From a virus (Duplodnaviria > Caudoviricetes), in the IMG/VR virus record IMGVR_UViG_3300012936_000014, positions 1 to 59,089 of that record: a stretch of 59,089 bases of DNA. One strand, written 5' to 3'. The position numbers and the translations under genes are program-made. A model generated the notes under the pieces. The model ran no database searches and was not told where the DNA came from. It saw only the letters and a program-made list of their open reading frames with translations. Shown piece by piece: positions 44,876 to 55,069 of this stretch. The first letter of the stretch is position 1; each line of letters opens with the position of its first letter.

Positions 44876-46532
44876 TTATTGCCCATTCACGTTCTTCGCA
44901 CCACCAACATTTACCACATGCGGGGTCACTTACTTCGCAACTAAAACTAACATCTAAGAGTTCTTCTATACACATACTGTGATACAATGCTATAACAACA
45001 CTTTTATCTATGTTGTAAAATGGTCTTAGGGTTTTTTTATCTCCCCCTTTAGTTAAATCTTTATCACGTCTAGTATCACGTTCATTGTCACTGTCAAACT
45101 TTACTGGAGGATTTGAAGTCATACCATTTAACCATGTGTCTATATCATGTTTTCTTTCTATTTCTTTTTTAATCTGTCTGCGTTCTGCTTCTATATTATC
45201 TTCACTAACAGTTCTAATATAATGAGTGTTAATTTGATCAGGATAGTATTGTTGTATCCAATCTACTACTGCTTTAGCATAAGGTAATTGATGCCTTCTG
45301 CTAGTCCTATCTATTGTTAAAAGAACACACTCGTGCCCTGCCTGACACAGCATGTATAGTAATAACGCACTATCGGCACCTCCACTTATTGACACACCTA
45401 CCTTTTTAGGCACCTGTAACAGTATTTTCTGTATGTAATCATTTTTCCATAATCTATCTCTACTGTTTTCGCTTGCTACTTCCTTTAACACTTCAGAGGC
45501 AGATATACCATTGTATTGTTGTAAACAATGATCACCTCCATAACAAATAGTATCACCAGGTATACTGCTAATAAACTGCTTGGCATTTTTCCAACTAGCA
45601 TTGCTGTCTTTTAGCAAGTTTCCCGGCATACGTTTTAGGGCACCGTTCCACCATATCACTCCATTGCCTGTTGTGTTTTTGAAAATAGGCTTCATATCAT
45701 CTGGATCAGTAATGTTTACTCTATGAAAGTGATGTTGTAGTTTTTGATATGAACGCCAATGATCTAACCATCCATCGCCAAATTCATTTTGAAGTGCGTC
45801 CCACACTATCCTCTTGGTTTTTCCTTTGCTAGAAAATTGACTACGATTAAAAAGACCTATAGTAGGAAATTTTTCATTTACATGATCTATCCAAGCACCT
45901 AATTTTTTACCATCCCAATTTTCAATAGTATATTTTCTAACCTGTAAACTTGGTTTACTAATATCTATGTGATGCACTACAGTATCTTTATGATAACCAT
46001 GATATTGTAGCAAACTGTTAATAAAAAATCCACTACTTACTGTCATTGCCCAGTCAACAGGACCTGTTTTATTGCCATGCACTGGCAACTCATTGTGTAC
46101 TAGATATGACATATTGCTGTCGTCTATCAAATTTTTTACAACAGCAGTGTGACCTGTTAAGAAATTTTGTTCGGTATCGCTTGGGATATAATCAACTGTT
46201 CTATCGAGAGTTAAATTTTGCTCTCCTGTGCCTTTAGGTTGCCATACTCGAACAGTGGGTAGAATATATGTCCATTCATAGTTTTCTAAATTTGGAGCAA
46301 CGTGTCTTTCGTATGTTCCCCATAGAAAAAGTGTACCTGCTTCTATAAGGAGTACACTGCTATAGTGTTCAAAGTGACTTTGTACAAATTTATCAACTAC
46401 ATAGTAGTCCATAGAATCTGAACTATATCTACTAGATACACTGAAATCTATGCTTAGTTGACTGTAATTATTCGCTATCAGGTTATACCATTTATTTCCT
46501 GTACTAATAATAATTACTGCCTTAGAAGCCAT
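44853..46532 (-). CDS. Unknown N-terminal domain fused to a QueC-like PP-loop ATPase
   Basis: C-terminal part: VSISGGADS, RPF..DK, SFSCE...CGKCWWCEER. Confidence 0.65.
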   Translation of the reverse strand: MASKAVIIISTGNKWYNLIANNYSQLSIDFSVSSRYSSDSMDYYVVDKFVQSHFEHYSSVLLIEAGTLFLWGTYERHVAPNLENYEWTYILPTVRVWQPKGTGEQNLTLDRTVDYIPSDTEQNFLTGHTAVVKNLIDDSNMSYLVHNELPVHGNKTGPVDWAMTVSSGFFINSLLQYHGYHKDTVVHHIDISKPSLQVRKYTIENWDGKKLGAWIDHVNEKFPTIGLFNRSQFSSKGKTKRIVWDALQNEFGDGWLDHWRSYQKLQHHFHRVNITDPDDMKPIFKNTTGNGVIWWNGALKRMPGNLLKDSNASWKNAKQFISSIPGDTICYGGDHCLQQYNGISASEVLKEVASENSRDRLWKNDYIQKILLQVPKKVGVSISGGADSALLLYMLCQAGHECVLLTIDRTSRRHQLPYAKAVVDWIQQYYPDQINTHYIRTVSEDNIEAERRQIKKEIERKHDIDTWLNGMTSNPPVKFDSDNERDTRRDKDLTKGGDKKTLRPFYNIDKSVVIALYHSMCIEELLDVSFSCEVSDPACGKCWWCEEREWAINEFSTNT

Positions 46533-46550
46533 ACATTTTTCCTTGTAAAA

Positions 46551-46626
<76 letters not shown>

Positions 46627-46648
46627 ATTATCTATTTACTCCAAAAAA

Positions 46649-46722
46649 TGGAGCGGCATATCGGATTCGAACCGATGACAAGAGCTTGGAAGGCTCGCAT
46701 GTTACCACTACACCAATGCCGC
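46649..46722 (-). tRNA. tRNA-Gly (TCC)
   Basis: GCGGCAT/ATGCCGC acceptor; CT-TCC-AA loop; U73; CCA. Confidence 0.95.
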
Positions 46723-46723
46723 T

Positions 46724-46812
46724 TGGCGGAGGATGTGGGAGTCGAACCCACTCAACGCTATAAACGTTGTACGGATTAGCAATCCGCTGCCTTACCGTCC
46801 GGCCCATCCTCC
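46724..46812 (-). tRNA. tRNA-Ser (GCT)
   Basis: GGAGGAT/ATCCTCC acceptor; TT-GCT-AA loop; long variable arm; G73; CCA. Confidence 0.95.
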
Positions 46813-46818
46813 TAAGAT

Positions 46819-47247
46819 TTATTTTACAAAGTTAACTTTGTATTGCTTGCCGTCTAAGTAAAATGTAATAGTGCTATGACTATAAACAGTTTCTTGTGAT
46901 TCTTCATATCTAGTTTCAGTTTGGCAAACTCTTTTTGTACCACCTGTTGCCTTACTATTATTATGGCCTATGATACCTCCAAGTAGAGCGCCAACAGCAC
47001 CGCCATTATCAACATTCTTGGTAACATTGTTTCCAATAATTCCGCCGATAATTGCACCTTTAAGTGCATCGCCTGTTTTATCTCCGCTTACAGAAACATC
47101 TCTACAAATTTCTACTGAGTAAGGCTGTTGATTAATAACAGTCTTATAACTATCAGTAACATTACCAGAGACACTATCCATAGCTAGTGCAGGATGGCAA
47201 CCTACTAAGATGGCACCAACTAGAGTACCTAAAATTTTAGTCTTCAT
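46819..47247 (-). CDS. Glycine-zipper (2TM) secreted/envelope protein
   Basis: Signal peptide; GAIIGGIIGN and GAVGALLGGIIG. Confidence 0.75.
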   Translation of the reverse strand: MKTKILGTLVGAILVGCHPALAMDSVSGNVTDSYKTVINQQPYSVEICRDVSVSGDKTGDALKGAIIGGIIGNNVTKNVDNGGAVGALLGGIIGHNNSKATGGTKRVCQTETRYEESQETVYSHSTITFYLDGKQYKVNFVK

Positions 47248-47566
47248 TTCCTTCATCTCCTCCGTTCCCATAAGGAACAATTCTTATTGACTTTACTCTA
47301 TCATATCTAAAGCTACGAAAGCCTTTTGATTCAAGAGCCCATACTGCAATAACCTTGTCATTTTTTTGCGTAGTTTCTTTTTTAGGATCTGGAAAGAAAC
47401 TTTCAATTAATGTACAAGGCATTACACGTTCATCACCATCCAACTTTGTGAATGTGACTTCGACTACTTCTTTACGAAGTAATTCAATTAAATCCTGTCT
47501 TGTAGGAATACCTTTAAGAGCCGCTACTGTATCAGCGACTGGTGACGACTTTGTCTGCAAGTCCAT
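47237..47566 (-). CDS. WYL-like SH3/Sm beta-barrel phage protein
   Basis: [17 protein letters not shown]...[13 protein letters not shown]. Confidence 0.65.
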   Translation of the reverse strand: MDLQTKSSPVADTVAALKGIPTRQDLIELLRKEVVEVTFTKLDGDERVMPCTLIESFFPDPKKETTQKNDKVIAVWALESKGFRSFRYDRVKSIRIVPYGNGGDEGNED

Positions 47567-48119
47567 ATTCTACTGCCTCCTCTGCACTCATAAATGTATC
47601 TCGGTCCATGTCTTTTTCAAAGTCCTCAAAAGTTTTACCTGCTGAGTTATGTTTTACATAAAGCTCGGTCAACATAGTTTTCATTTTAGTTATTTCTTTG
47701 TATTGAATTTCAATATCACTTTGCTTGCCACCTGCACCACCACTTGGCTGGTGGATCATTGTTCTACTATACGGAAGGACAACTCGCTTACCAGGAGCAC
47801 CTGCTTGGGCTAAGAAACTGCCCATTGAACATGCTTGTCCTAGTACAATAGTTCTTACGGCTGGTTTAATAAACTGCATAGTATCGTATATAGCCATTCC
47901 GGCAGTAATTACGCCGCCAGGTGAATTTATATAAAGGTTAATATCCTTTTCAGGATTTTCACTTTCTAAAAACAACATCTGTGCAACAATTAAATTTGCT
48001 GTTACATCTTCAACTGGACCGTTAAGCATTACTATTCTATCTTTCAACAAACGTGAATAGATATCGTATGAACGCTCTCCACGTGATTCCTGCTCAACTA
48101 CCATAGGTACTAAAGGCAT
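47532..48119 (-). CDS. clpP: ATP-dependent Clp protease proteolytic subunit
   Basis: [35 protein letters not shown]. Confidence 0.96.
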   Translation of the reverse strand: MPLVPMVVEQESRGERSYDIYSRLLKDRIVMLNGPVEDVTANLIVAQMLFLESENPEKDINLYINSPGGVITAGMAIYDTMQFIKPAVRTIVLGQACSMGSFLAQAGAPGKRVVLPYSRTMIHQPSGGAGGKQSDIEIQYKEITKMKTMLTELYVKHNSAGKTFEDFEKDMDRDTFMSAEEAVEYGLADKVVTSR

Positions 48120-48283
48120 TATAACTCCTCCGCAATTCCAAGGAATTCAGCAACAAGGAATCCGCTTGCTAACCAGAATACATGTCCTGTGTATAATGTT
48201 AATACACAGCCTGCGATACGAACTGCACTTTTTACCATGCTAATGTAAAAATGTTTCTTTGAAACATCTACTGGCTCAGCCAT
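48119..48283 (-). CDS. 54-aa membrane protein (not in the ORF track)
   Basis: [26 protein letters not shown]...[10 protein letters not shown]; GGAGG SD; TAATG coupling to clpP. Confidence 0.7.
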   Translation of the reverse strand: MAEPVDVSKKHFYISMVKSAVRIAGCVLTLYTGHVFWLASGFLVAEFLGIAEEL

Positions 48284-48476
48284 TCTTCACCTCCGCTAAC
48301 GGTTCAACAGAACTAGTATCAATCCAATCACTGCCGTTTCCTTGAAAAGTTCTTGTTGTTGTTTCTTTACGCAACATACCGTTTTTTACACGATATGTAA
48401 TAAACTCTTGTTTCACAACACCTGTAGTGTCTGCTTCAAACGCACCTATAAGTGGTCCATCTAACTTACTGTTCAT
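48276..48476 (-). CDS. Hypothetical protein
   Basis: 66-aa coupled ORF. Confidence 0.65.
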   Translation of the reverse strand: MNSKLDGPLIGAFEADTTGVVKQEFITYRVKNGMLRKETTTRTFQGNGSDWIDTSSVEPLAEVKNG

Positions 48477-48700
48477 TTTCTTCCTTCCTTTAATACAAAA
48501 CTGTCTGGCCCTGGCGTTGTAAATTCCATTCCAAATGCACTACCTACATATACACGACCATTAAATTTCATATGTATTTTGTTTGTAGCCATGTAAATGT
48601 CCATAGATTGTTTTACTTTAAAATTATCAACTTCAGCTTCAACAATTTTATCGTTATTTGTGCATGTAACCATACACACTTTATCAAATATTTCTTTCAT
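48473..48700 (-). CDS. Hypothetical protein
   Basis: 75-aa coupled ORF. Confidence 0.65.
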   Translation of the reverse strand: MKEIFDKVCMVTCTNNDKIVEAEVDNFKVKQSMDIYMATNKIHMKFNGRVYVGSAFGMEFTTPGPDSFVLKEGRK

Positions 48701-48915
48701 TTCGCTCCTAACAGTTTTAAATTTAATACAAAGTTCTCTACCATTAGTTTAACACATATTGCTTTCAGTGTCAATACATTATCGTCCATTTCTGCAACAT
48801 GCATTGCCATCAAACGAAATGCTTCTTTTTCGCTTATGTTTAGTTGACCCCAATCAATAGGGTCAACTGTTTCACAATCTTCTGCAAGTTCTGCAAGTAG
48901 TTTCCAGTCCTGCAT
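48697..48915 (-). CDS. Hypothetical protein
   Basis: 72-aa coupled ORF. Confidence 0.65.
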   Translation of the reverse strand: MQDWKLLAELAEDCETVDPIDWGQLNISEKEAFRLMAMHVAEMDDNVLTLKAICVKLMVENFVLNLKLLGAK

Positions 48916-49424
48916 TACAACTCCTCAATGTTTAAAGGAGTGTAATTGATCTGTTCTACACATACACACTTGTATGGGCCTTCTGGAGAAGGATTACTAT
49001 GGATGTGTCCATGTACGTTTAACAAATCTTCTGCGTCAAACCTATGCGTTTCAGCAAGTGTAGTTGAATGCAAAGGCGTATGCGAAAAGATAAAGTTGTC
49101 CATTTGAATCCATAACTGCATGTCCTTGAAGAACGGTGCAAGAAATTTTGGATTATCATGGTTACCTAAAACAAGTCTTTTCTTACCAGGTAATTTTGAA
49201 AAGTTCGCAGTCAACCAATCAACCTTGTTCTCTCCGAAAAGAACATCTCCGCAGTGTATCACCGTGTCGTTTGGTTTCACAGTGCTTACCCAGTTATCCA
49301 TCATACATTCGTTCATTTGATCTACACTATCAAATGTTCTAGGAGGTTTTCCAGCATAATCTTTGAAGGTAAGGATAGCCGCATGATTGAAATGCGTATC
49401 GCTAATTACGAATGTATCTGCCAT
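48915..49424 (-). CDS. Calcineurin-like metallophosphoesterase
   Basis: SDTHF, HCGD, GNHD, SHTP, VHGHIH. Confidence 0.9.
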   Translation of the reverse strand: MADTFVISDTHFNHAAILTFKDYAGKPPRTFDSVDQMNECMMDNWVSTVKPNDTVIHCGDVLFGENKVDWLTANFSKLPGKKRLVLGNHDNPKFLAPFFKDMQLWIQMDNFIFSHTPLHSTTLAETHRFDAEDLLNVHGHIHSNPSPEGPYKCVCVEQINYTPLNIEEL

Positions 49425-49490
49425 GGTATTACCTATGAGTGTGTTAATTATGTGTATAATTATTACATATATGTGTTAGAAAGTCAACCT

Positions 49491-49724
49491 TTATTGGTTA
49501 ACAAATTTAGGCCATTGTGCGGCAAAACTATCTGCGTCAAGTTTATATTCAAACAAGAAAGTATCTTCATAAACATCTGTATATTCTGATATATTCCATT
49601 GATGCTTAAACATTTGCACTTTGCAGTATTCTTTGCCCTGTGTTCTTAAATCGCTATGTAATCTTACTCTGTATGCATTAGGTTCCCAACGCTTTTTATA
49701 CTCAAAAATTTCAATAGGTGTCAA
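49491..49724 (-). CDS. Hypothetical protein
   Basis: TTG start after an AGGAGG SD. Confidence 0.6.
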   Translation of the reverse strand: MTPIEIFEYKKRWEPNAYRVRLHSDLRTQGKEYCKVQMFKHQWNISEYTDVYEDTFLFEYKLDADSFAAQWPKFVNQ

Positions 49725-49912
49725 TGTATAGTTTCCTCCTCTGTAACATTGATCCCAAAATATTGAATACACATTTCAACTATTGCATCAGGAACTTCGT
49801 CTTCATCTTTGCCATCAGGAATAAACAATCCTTTTAATTCTCCTTTAGCACTTATAATAAGTCCCCAATCATCGTCTTCTAGTGATTCGTCGAATGTAAT
49901 CTTTGTCGTCAT
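49721..49912 (-). CDS. Acidic hypothetical protein
   Basis: 63-aa ORF with GAGGAG SD. Confidence 0.65.
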   Translation of the reverse strand: MTTKITFDESLEDDDWGLIISAKGELKGLFIPDGKDEDEVPDAIVEMCIQYFGINVTEEETIH

Positions 49913-49927
49913 AGATTTGCTCCTCTT

Positions 49928-50533
49928 CTATGATGTTACTTCGTCTTCTGCTACTTTTTTACTTATCATCTTATGGATTCCTGGATTTACTTCAAGAGCA
50001 TGAGGCATCATCTCATGTCTGATATAGTTACGTCTAAATCCAGTATCGTCATTGCTAGGGTCAATTAGATAAGGAACATTATGCACATGAGCCCAAAGCT
50101 CAAAGTCACGTTTCCTTGTCTTCCTAAAAGGACGAACAATGTGATTACGTCTGTATGGAATAATTTTTGGATTACCATGCAGACTGCTAAACAACCAAGT
50201 TTCTACACAATCATCTAAATGATGACAAGTAACAACAGGAAAGTCTTTTACCTTTTCTAAAAAACTGTATCTTTTTTCTCTCCACCAATCTTCTCTGCTA
50301 CGTCCCGGAGGAGTAGTACCTTTTACTGCGTGGGTGAGGTACTCAAGATCATTTTGTCTACAATATTTTACAACAAAGGCATGTGCTTCTTCGGCATGAC
50401 CTGTACCATGATTAACATGCAGGACCACTACTTCGTGATTCCTTTTAAGAAAATCCAGTGCGGCCATACTATCCACACCACCACTTACAGCCACACCGAT
50501 CTTACGTGGCAATTTGCCTTGCAACTTAATCAT
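49928..50533 (-). CDS. tilS: tRNA(Ile)-lysidine synthetase, catalytic domain only
   Basis: AVSGGVDS, HVNHG, RY, HHLDDCVET, RPF, DPSN, RNYIRH. Confidence 0.85.
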   Translation of the reverse strand: MIKLQGKLPRKIGVAVSGGVDSMAALDFLKRNHEVVVLHVNHGTGHAEEAHAFVVKYCRQNDLEYLTHAVKGTTPPGRSREDWWREKRYSFLEKVKDFPVVTCHHLDDCVETWLFSSLHGNPKIIPYRRNHIVRPFRKTRKRDFELWAHVHNVPYLIDPSNDDTGFRRNYIRHEMMPHALEVNPGIHKMISKKVAEDEVTS

Positions 50534-51243
50534 TAAACTTTAAACAACTTTACGTAGTTAAGACGTGTTTCGTTCGCACTAAACAACTTGTTCTTTGTTT
50601 GTGATTTGACTTTGGCTTGGACACGTTTCATAGCACCTACTTCGTGTTCAAACTTGTTCATAAAACTCACTAGGTTACCATCCATGACAGCGACATAGTT
50701 GTATGATTCCCATTGTGAACTGTAACGCTTATCTAGGATTTTAATTACGCCTTCTACTTTGTCTTTTTCCTTACCTAAATATTGGCTGTCTCTGTATTCT
50801 ACACGAATCTCTTTCTTCAGTCCTGTTTCGTGTTTATCACGCACAACAAACTCAGGAAGAAATGCAACACGCCCTAAATTATTAACTGGCACAGTATCAT
50901 TCGCAACACTTTCAATCATGTCTTTTTTGAATTCGTCCAAGTCACCCAATCCAAGCATTACATAACGCTTCATCCATTTGTTAATCTCAGATGCTTGTTC
51001 ATAATCTTGCTCTGTAGGCATAAACATGACAAAGTCAGCATCAACATATTGTTGTGCTTTGGTAGCAAAATGAAACTTTACCATTTCCTTGTTAGAATGT
51101 TCTGTGGCTTTATCTTCTGAGTACCTTTGTGTATGCTTTTGGTATCCGTTACGAATACGATGCGCGGCACATGCTACTGCAAGTGCTTCTTGGGTAGGTA
51201 CAGTCTTAAGTGGAAGTGTATCTTTTGAAGTAAATGTCATCAT
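50533..51243 (-). CDS. Hypothetical protein
   Basis: 236-aa ORF with its own promoter and conserved leader. Confidence 0.7.
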   Translation of the reverse strand: MMTFTSKDTLPLKTVPTQEALAVACAAHRIRNGYQKHTQRYSEDKATEHSNKEMVKFHFATKAQQYVDADFVMFMPTEQDYEQASEINKWMKRYVMLGLGDLDEFKKDMIESVANDTVPVNNLGRVAFLPEFVVRDKHETGLKKEIRVEYRDSQYLGKEKDKVEGVIKILDKRYSSQWESYNYVAVMDGNLVSFMNKFEHEVGAMKRVQAKVKSQTKNKLFSANETRLNYVKLFKV

Positions 51244-51276
51244 CGTGTTGCCTCTCTATGCCTAATTATTAAAATA

Positions 51277-51305
51277 ACTATAACATCAACTATAATAGAT
51301 GTCAA
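51277..51305 (-). promoter_or_regulatory. Sigma70-type promoter
   Basis: TTGACA-N17-TATAGT. Confidence 0.7.
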
Positions 51306-51747
51306 TCATTCCTTTGTAAAAAGTATCCAATTCTTCTTTTGAACCCATATCGCTTTTAAATTGGTTTGCTTTTCTACACACAATAACATAATTTGAAATT
51401 TCATCTTTGCCGCCCATAGACCTAGCAATCTTATGATCTACTGTCGGTTGAAAGAATCCATCATAGTTATCAATGTTAGGATTTGTAACTTTGTTACGTC
51501 CTCGTCCATAGTCTAACGGTGTGCCAAAAATAGGACAAACATCCGGAGCAATTTTTGCAAGCTCAAATGGATCGCCTTCCCATTTTACAGTATGAGCCCA
51601 AATTAATTTTAAGAATTGATCTTGCTTGGTAGATTTCTTAAACATTTCAAAAAATGTGCCGTATGTGCTTGCATCATCTTGAGGATGAAATCTACGTGAG
51701 GAGAGAGCCCTAAGGCCCTCTTCTCTAATTTTTACTAAGTCTGCCAT
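51286..51747 (-). CDS. HNH endonuclease-like protein
   Basis: CPIFG...TVDHKIARSMGGKDEISNYVIVCRKANQFK. Confidence 0.75.
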   Translation of the reverse strand: MADLVKIREEGLRALSSRRFHPQDDASTYGTFFEMFKKSTKQDQFLKLIWAHTVKWEGDPFELAKIAPDVCPIFGTPLDYGRGRNKVTNPNIDNYDGFFQPTVDHKIARSMGGKDEISNYVIVCRKANQFKSDMGSKEELDTFYKGMIDIYYS

Positions 51748-53202
51748 TTACATAAACTCCGCAAACTTATCTTCTTCATGCTTCTGTGCTTTGTTGTTGA
51801 AAGCATCTACATCAATGATACTAGTATACTCAGCAACTTTACCATTTGTATCTGTATACACATAGGGCATATCGATAGTAAAATCTAAGCCACCTTTTTC
51901 AACCACAGGCAACATAATGTCGTAACCTTTTTGTTTGCCTGGTTGTGCTTGAATATGAGCTTCTCTATTATCCACAAGCGATTTGATAGCGGCCGCAATC
52001 ATAAGTCCTCGATTGCTACCAGAAGTAAAGCGATGATCTTTCCACTCTGTGTATTTGCCTGATTTGGTCTTTTCAGGATATTGAGCTCTAATACCTTTGA
52101 GTACATCTGACCATACCTTACTACTTGAACTCCAACGTTCACTCATTACTTGACCAATCTTAATTAGCAAGTCATCAGTAACAGCCTTCTTGGGCATTTG
52201 TGAAAACAATTCTGTCAGTCCCCAAACAGGTGCATGATCAACTGCGGAAAAGTGCCAAGCATTGCGTACACATTTAAGAGCCATTTCAAATGCAAATCTA
52301 TTTGAGTAGTTGTCTTTGCAAAATTCTTTGAAATGTTTTTGCATATGAGCAGTGTGTTTTGTCTCTCCTGCACCTGGCGTTGCACTTTCTGGCACAGGAG
52401 TAATGTTTACATTATCAAACACACGCATAAGATTGTATGCAGGTTGATCTTCTAATTTTACATCAAGTCCTGCTTGAAGCATTGCTCTTGCACGATTATT
52501 ACGAACTTTTACAAAGTCGTAATCTGTAATCGGCACAACATCTGCATTACATGCCAAGAACTGATTGAAGTCAATGTAGGGCATGTCTTTCATACTAAAG
52601 CCTACAATAAGTGTTTTTACTCCGTGTAGTGCTAGAGCCATAGAACCTTGCATACCGTCATTTAGGAACACACGTTCTTCGTCTGATGCATAACGTCCTT
52701 TTGCACCAAACACTAGACTGCTGTCAAAGTTCATTGCAATCTCAAACATACGCCACAAGTAAATAACTCGTTGTGCTTTCATATTCATAGCAACAAGTGT
52801 TTGGTCTACAGCCAACCCATTCATAACTGCTTCATCTAAATTGTATGATTGCAGTTGTACACCGTAAAGTACAGGCTTACCTGTTTCTGGATCGATAATT
52901 GCATGTAGTGCATCTAAGGCCATTTTAAATGCAGTAACAAAGTCTACTGTACCCATTGACTCTAAGTTAAGGGCACCTTTGCTAACATTTAGATTAGGCA
53001 CATTTGCACGTTTGATTAATGAAAGTTTTCTTTGATAATCTTCAGGTTCAAGAAATTTAATAGGTGTCCTTTGTTCTTCCGGACCAAAGAAGATTGAAAG
53101 GTCTTCTCCATAAGCGGATTTAATGCTATCAGCATATCCGAAGTTAATTGATTTTTTCCAGTTGTCTACATAGTTGAATAGACTTACATATGGTTCACGC
53201 AT
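51748..53202 (-). CDS. Hypothetical protein (weak ParB/Srx-like motif)
   Basis: 484-aa ORF with AAGGAG SD; AQR...VFLNDGMQGS. Confidence 0.6.
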   Translation of the reverse strand: MREPYVSLFNYVDNWKKSINFGYADSIKSAYGEDLSIFFGPEEQRTPIKFLEPEDYQRKLSLIKRANVPNLNVSKGALNLESMGTVDFVTAFKMALDALHAIIDPETGKPVLYGVQLQSYNLDEAVMNGLAVDQTLVAMNMKAQRVIYLWRMFEIAMNFDSSLVFGAKGRYASDEERVFLNDGMQGSMALALHGVKTLIVGFSMKDMPYIDFNQFLACNADVVPITDYDFVKVRNNRARAMLQAGLDVKLEDQPAYNLMRVFDNVNITPVPESATPGAGETKHTAHMQKHFKEFCKDNYSNRFAFEMALKCVRNAWHFSAVDHAPVWGLTELFSQMPKKAVTDDLLIKIGQVMSERWSSSSKVWSDVLKGIRAQYPEKTKSGKYTEWKDHRFTSGSNRGLMIAAAIKSLVDNREAHIQAQPGKQKGYDIMLPVVEKGGLDFTIDMPYVYTDTNGKVAEYTSIIDVDAFNNKAQKHEEDKFAEFM

Positions 53203-53298
53203 TTGTATACTCCTTTAGCGTTTCAAATTATAGGAACGTTTCTATGTTCCATATACAACAGGCTCATCACTATTGACTTTTTGCCTCATTGTAGTTGT

Positions 53299-53327
53299 AG
53301 TATATAATCTTTGAATCTAAATGTCAA
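53299..53327 (-). promoter_or_regulatory. Sigma70-type promoter
   Basis: TTGACA-N17-TATACT. Confidence 0.7.
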
Positions 53328-54370
53328 CTAAAAAGTTGTTCGAAAGTATTGTTTGCTTGTTCCATCGCACCGTAATCTGTTGCTTCGTGTACTTCTCGTG
53401 GTACAAACAAACGATCCATATACTTTTTAATCTGCTTGTGTTTCATTCCAATATCTTGTCCAAACCACATACCTCTTTGATCTGCATTTGCGGCACGTCT
53501 TACTGCACTTACACAAACATAATCATATTTTGCCATGTAATCATACAAGTCCTGCGGATCATATCCAAACAATTGACATTGCTTAGGAACTATTTCAACT
53601 TGCACACTAGGACGACAACGTTCGATTGTGTCTTTTGCACCTTGCATTACAAGTAGTTCACTTCCTTCAACATCAATTTTTATACAATCTACATCTTGAA
53701 AATTATAACTATCAATTGTTCTTGCAGGTACAGGAACTAAATTTTGACTTTCTCTTAATTTAATATTTTCACTGTCTAATACAACATGATTATGACCGCC
53801 ATGATCCGTATGATCTAAAATATCAATTGTACCTTCGTTACGATTAGTTGCGGCAACTTCGTGTACAGTTATATCAGCAACTACATTCATAGGTTGTTGC
53901 ACACCTTTGTATGTGTACCAGCCTGATGTTGCCGATTCATCTCTGTATAGATCACCTTCAACATCTGTGCCTTTCCAATACACACCTTTTAATTGTTGTT
54001 GCTTTGCAATGTCAATATTTGCTTTCAACATTTTTAGTGTAGTCGGCGTTGGCTCAAAAGATTCAACATTCTCTGCCCACTCACTATACGCAATTGTGTT
54101 GTTGCCTACATTTGCGCCAACATCTACAATACGTTTTGCATTAGGATATATTGTACGGATCAATCTTGAGTTGTTGCCTTGATAGTATACGTTATTGCCA
54201 CTGAAACGTGGTCCTTGTAAATTATCATGTGCTAACAGCCAGTAGCATCTACCGAACTTGTTAACAACAAGTCTAAACAAAGGATCATCATATAATCCAC
54301 TTGTTTCGTTAAATCCAAAATTTTCTAAGAATTGTTCTGCTGATATTTCAGCTGTGATTTTTTGCGGCAT
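53324..54370 (-). CDS. FkbM family SAM-dependent methyltransferase
   Basis: VDVGANVG, FEP, IKIDVEGSE. Confidence 0.88.
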   Translation of the reverse strand: MPQKITAEISAEQFLENFGFNETSGLYDDPLFRLVVNKFGRCYWLLAHDNLQGPRFSGNNVYYQGNNSRLIRTIYPNAKRIVDVGANVGNNTIAYSEWAENVESFEPTPTTLKMLKANIDIAKQQQLKGVYWKGTDVEGDLYRDESATSGWYTYKGVQQPMNVVADITVHEVAATNRNEGTIDILDHTDHGGHNHVVLDSENIKLRESQNLVPVPARTIDSYNFQDVDCIKIDVEGSELLVMQGAKDTIERCRPSVQVEIVPKQCQLFGYDPQDLYDYMAKYDYVCVSAVRRAANADQRGMWFGQDIGMKHKQIKKYMDRLFVPREVHEATDYGAMEQANNTFEQLFS

Positions 54371-54405
54371 GTTATTTCTCCTATAACCAATTTTCGCTTA
54401 TATTT

Positions 54406-54843
54406 TTACTTATCTTGTGTCCAGGCTTTGTCGCCTAGTTTGTGGTGTTCAGCCCATCTGATAAACAAACCTACTTCTCTACCATGAGCTTCAATTTCCC
54501 AAGGCTGATCCCAGTATGAAACTTTGTCTGGGGAATAGGTTTTGCCTAACCAATCATAATCCTCTTTAAGTTCTTTTCGAGCATATTGTTTGACATGTAC
54601 CATTTCATGGGCTACAGTTGTAAGAAGCTTTCTTAATGATAAATTTTTATCTATTTCTAGTTCAAAGAATCTAGTTGAATCACTCAGGCAATAACCATAA
54701 GCATCATCTTTAATATCTTTAAGGGTTACTGTAATATCTAGAGTAGACATACGTGGCATAAGCATGTCGATACAATAGTTAACCATTGACTCAACATACT
54801 CTCTTTGACGTGGCTTTCCGCCTATAACTTCTACATAGTTCAT
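54406..54843 (-). CDS. Zinc metallopeptidase-like protein (HExxH)
   Basis: AHEMVHVKQY and PWEIEA. Confidence 0.75.
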   Translation of the reverse strand: MNYVEVIGGKPRQREYVESMVNYCIDMLMPRMSTLDITVTLKDIKDDAYGYCLSDSTRFFELEIDKNLSLRKLLTTVAHEMVHVKQYARKELKEDYDWLGKTYSPDKVSYWDQPWEIEAHGREVGLFIRWAEHHKLGDKAWTQDK

Positions 54844-54849
54844 AATACT

Positions 54850-54878
54850 ATAATAGTATCATTGCATAAAGTTGTCAA
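54850..54878 (-). promoter_or_regulatory. Sigma70-type promoter (leaderless geometry)
   Basis: TTGACA-N17-TATTAT-N6-ATG. Confidence 0.65.
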
Positions 54879-54895
54879 CTAAAATGGTAAAATTG

Positions 54896-55069
54896 TTATT
54901 CTTTGACTTCTTCTATGATTATTGTACCTTGATCGCCCCATTTTACTCTGATTTTGGTGCCTTCTTTCCAGCCCTGAGCTTCCATTATTTCTTCTGGAAT
55001 CTTCATTAAAACCTGCTTTTCATCACCAGGAATGTCCTCAAAAATGTCTTCAACCTTGTATTCGATCAT
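54896..55069 (-). CDS. 57-aa AbrB/MazE-like DNA-binding protein (not in the ORF track)
   Basis: VLMKIPEEIMEAQGWKEGTKIRV...GTIII; AGGAG SD. Confidence 0.65.
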   Translation of the reverse strand: MIEYKVEDIFEDIPGDEKQVLMKIPEEIMEAQGWKEGTKIRVKWGDQGTIIIEEVKE

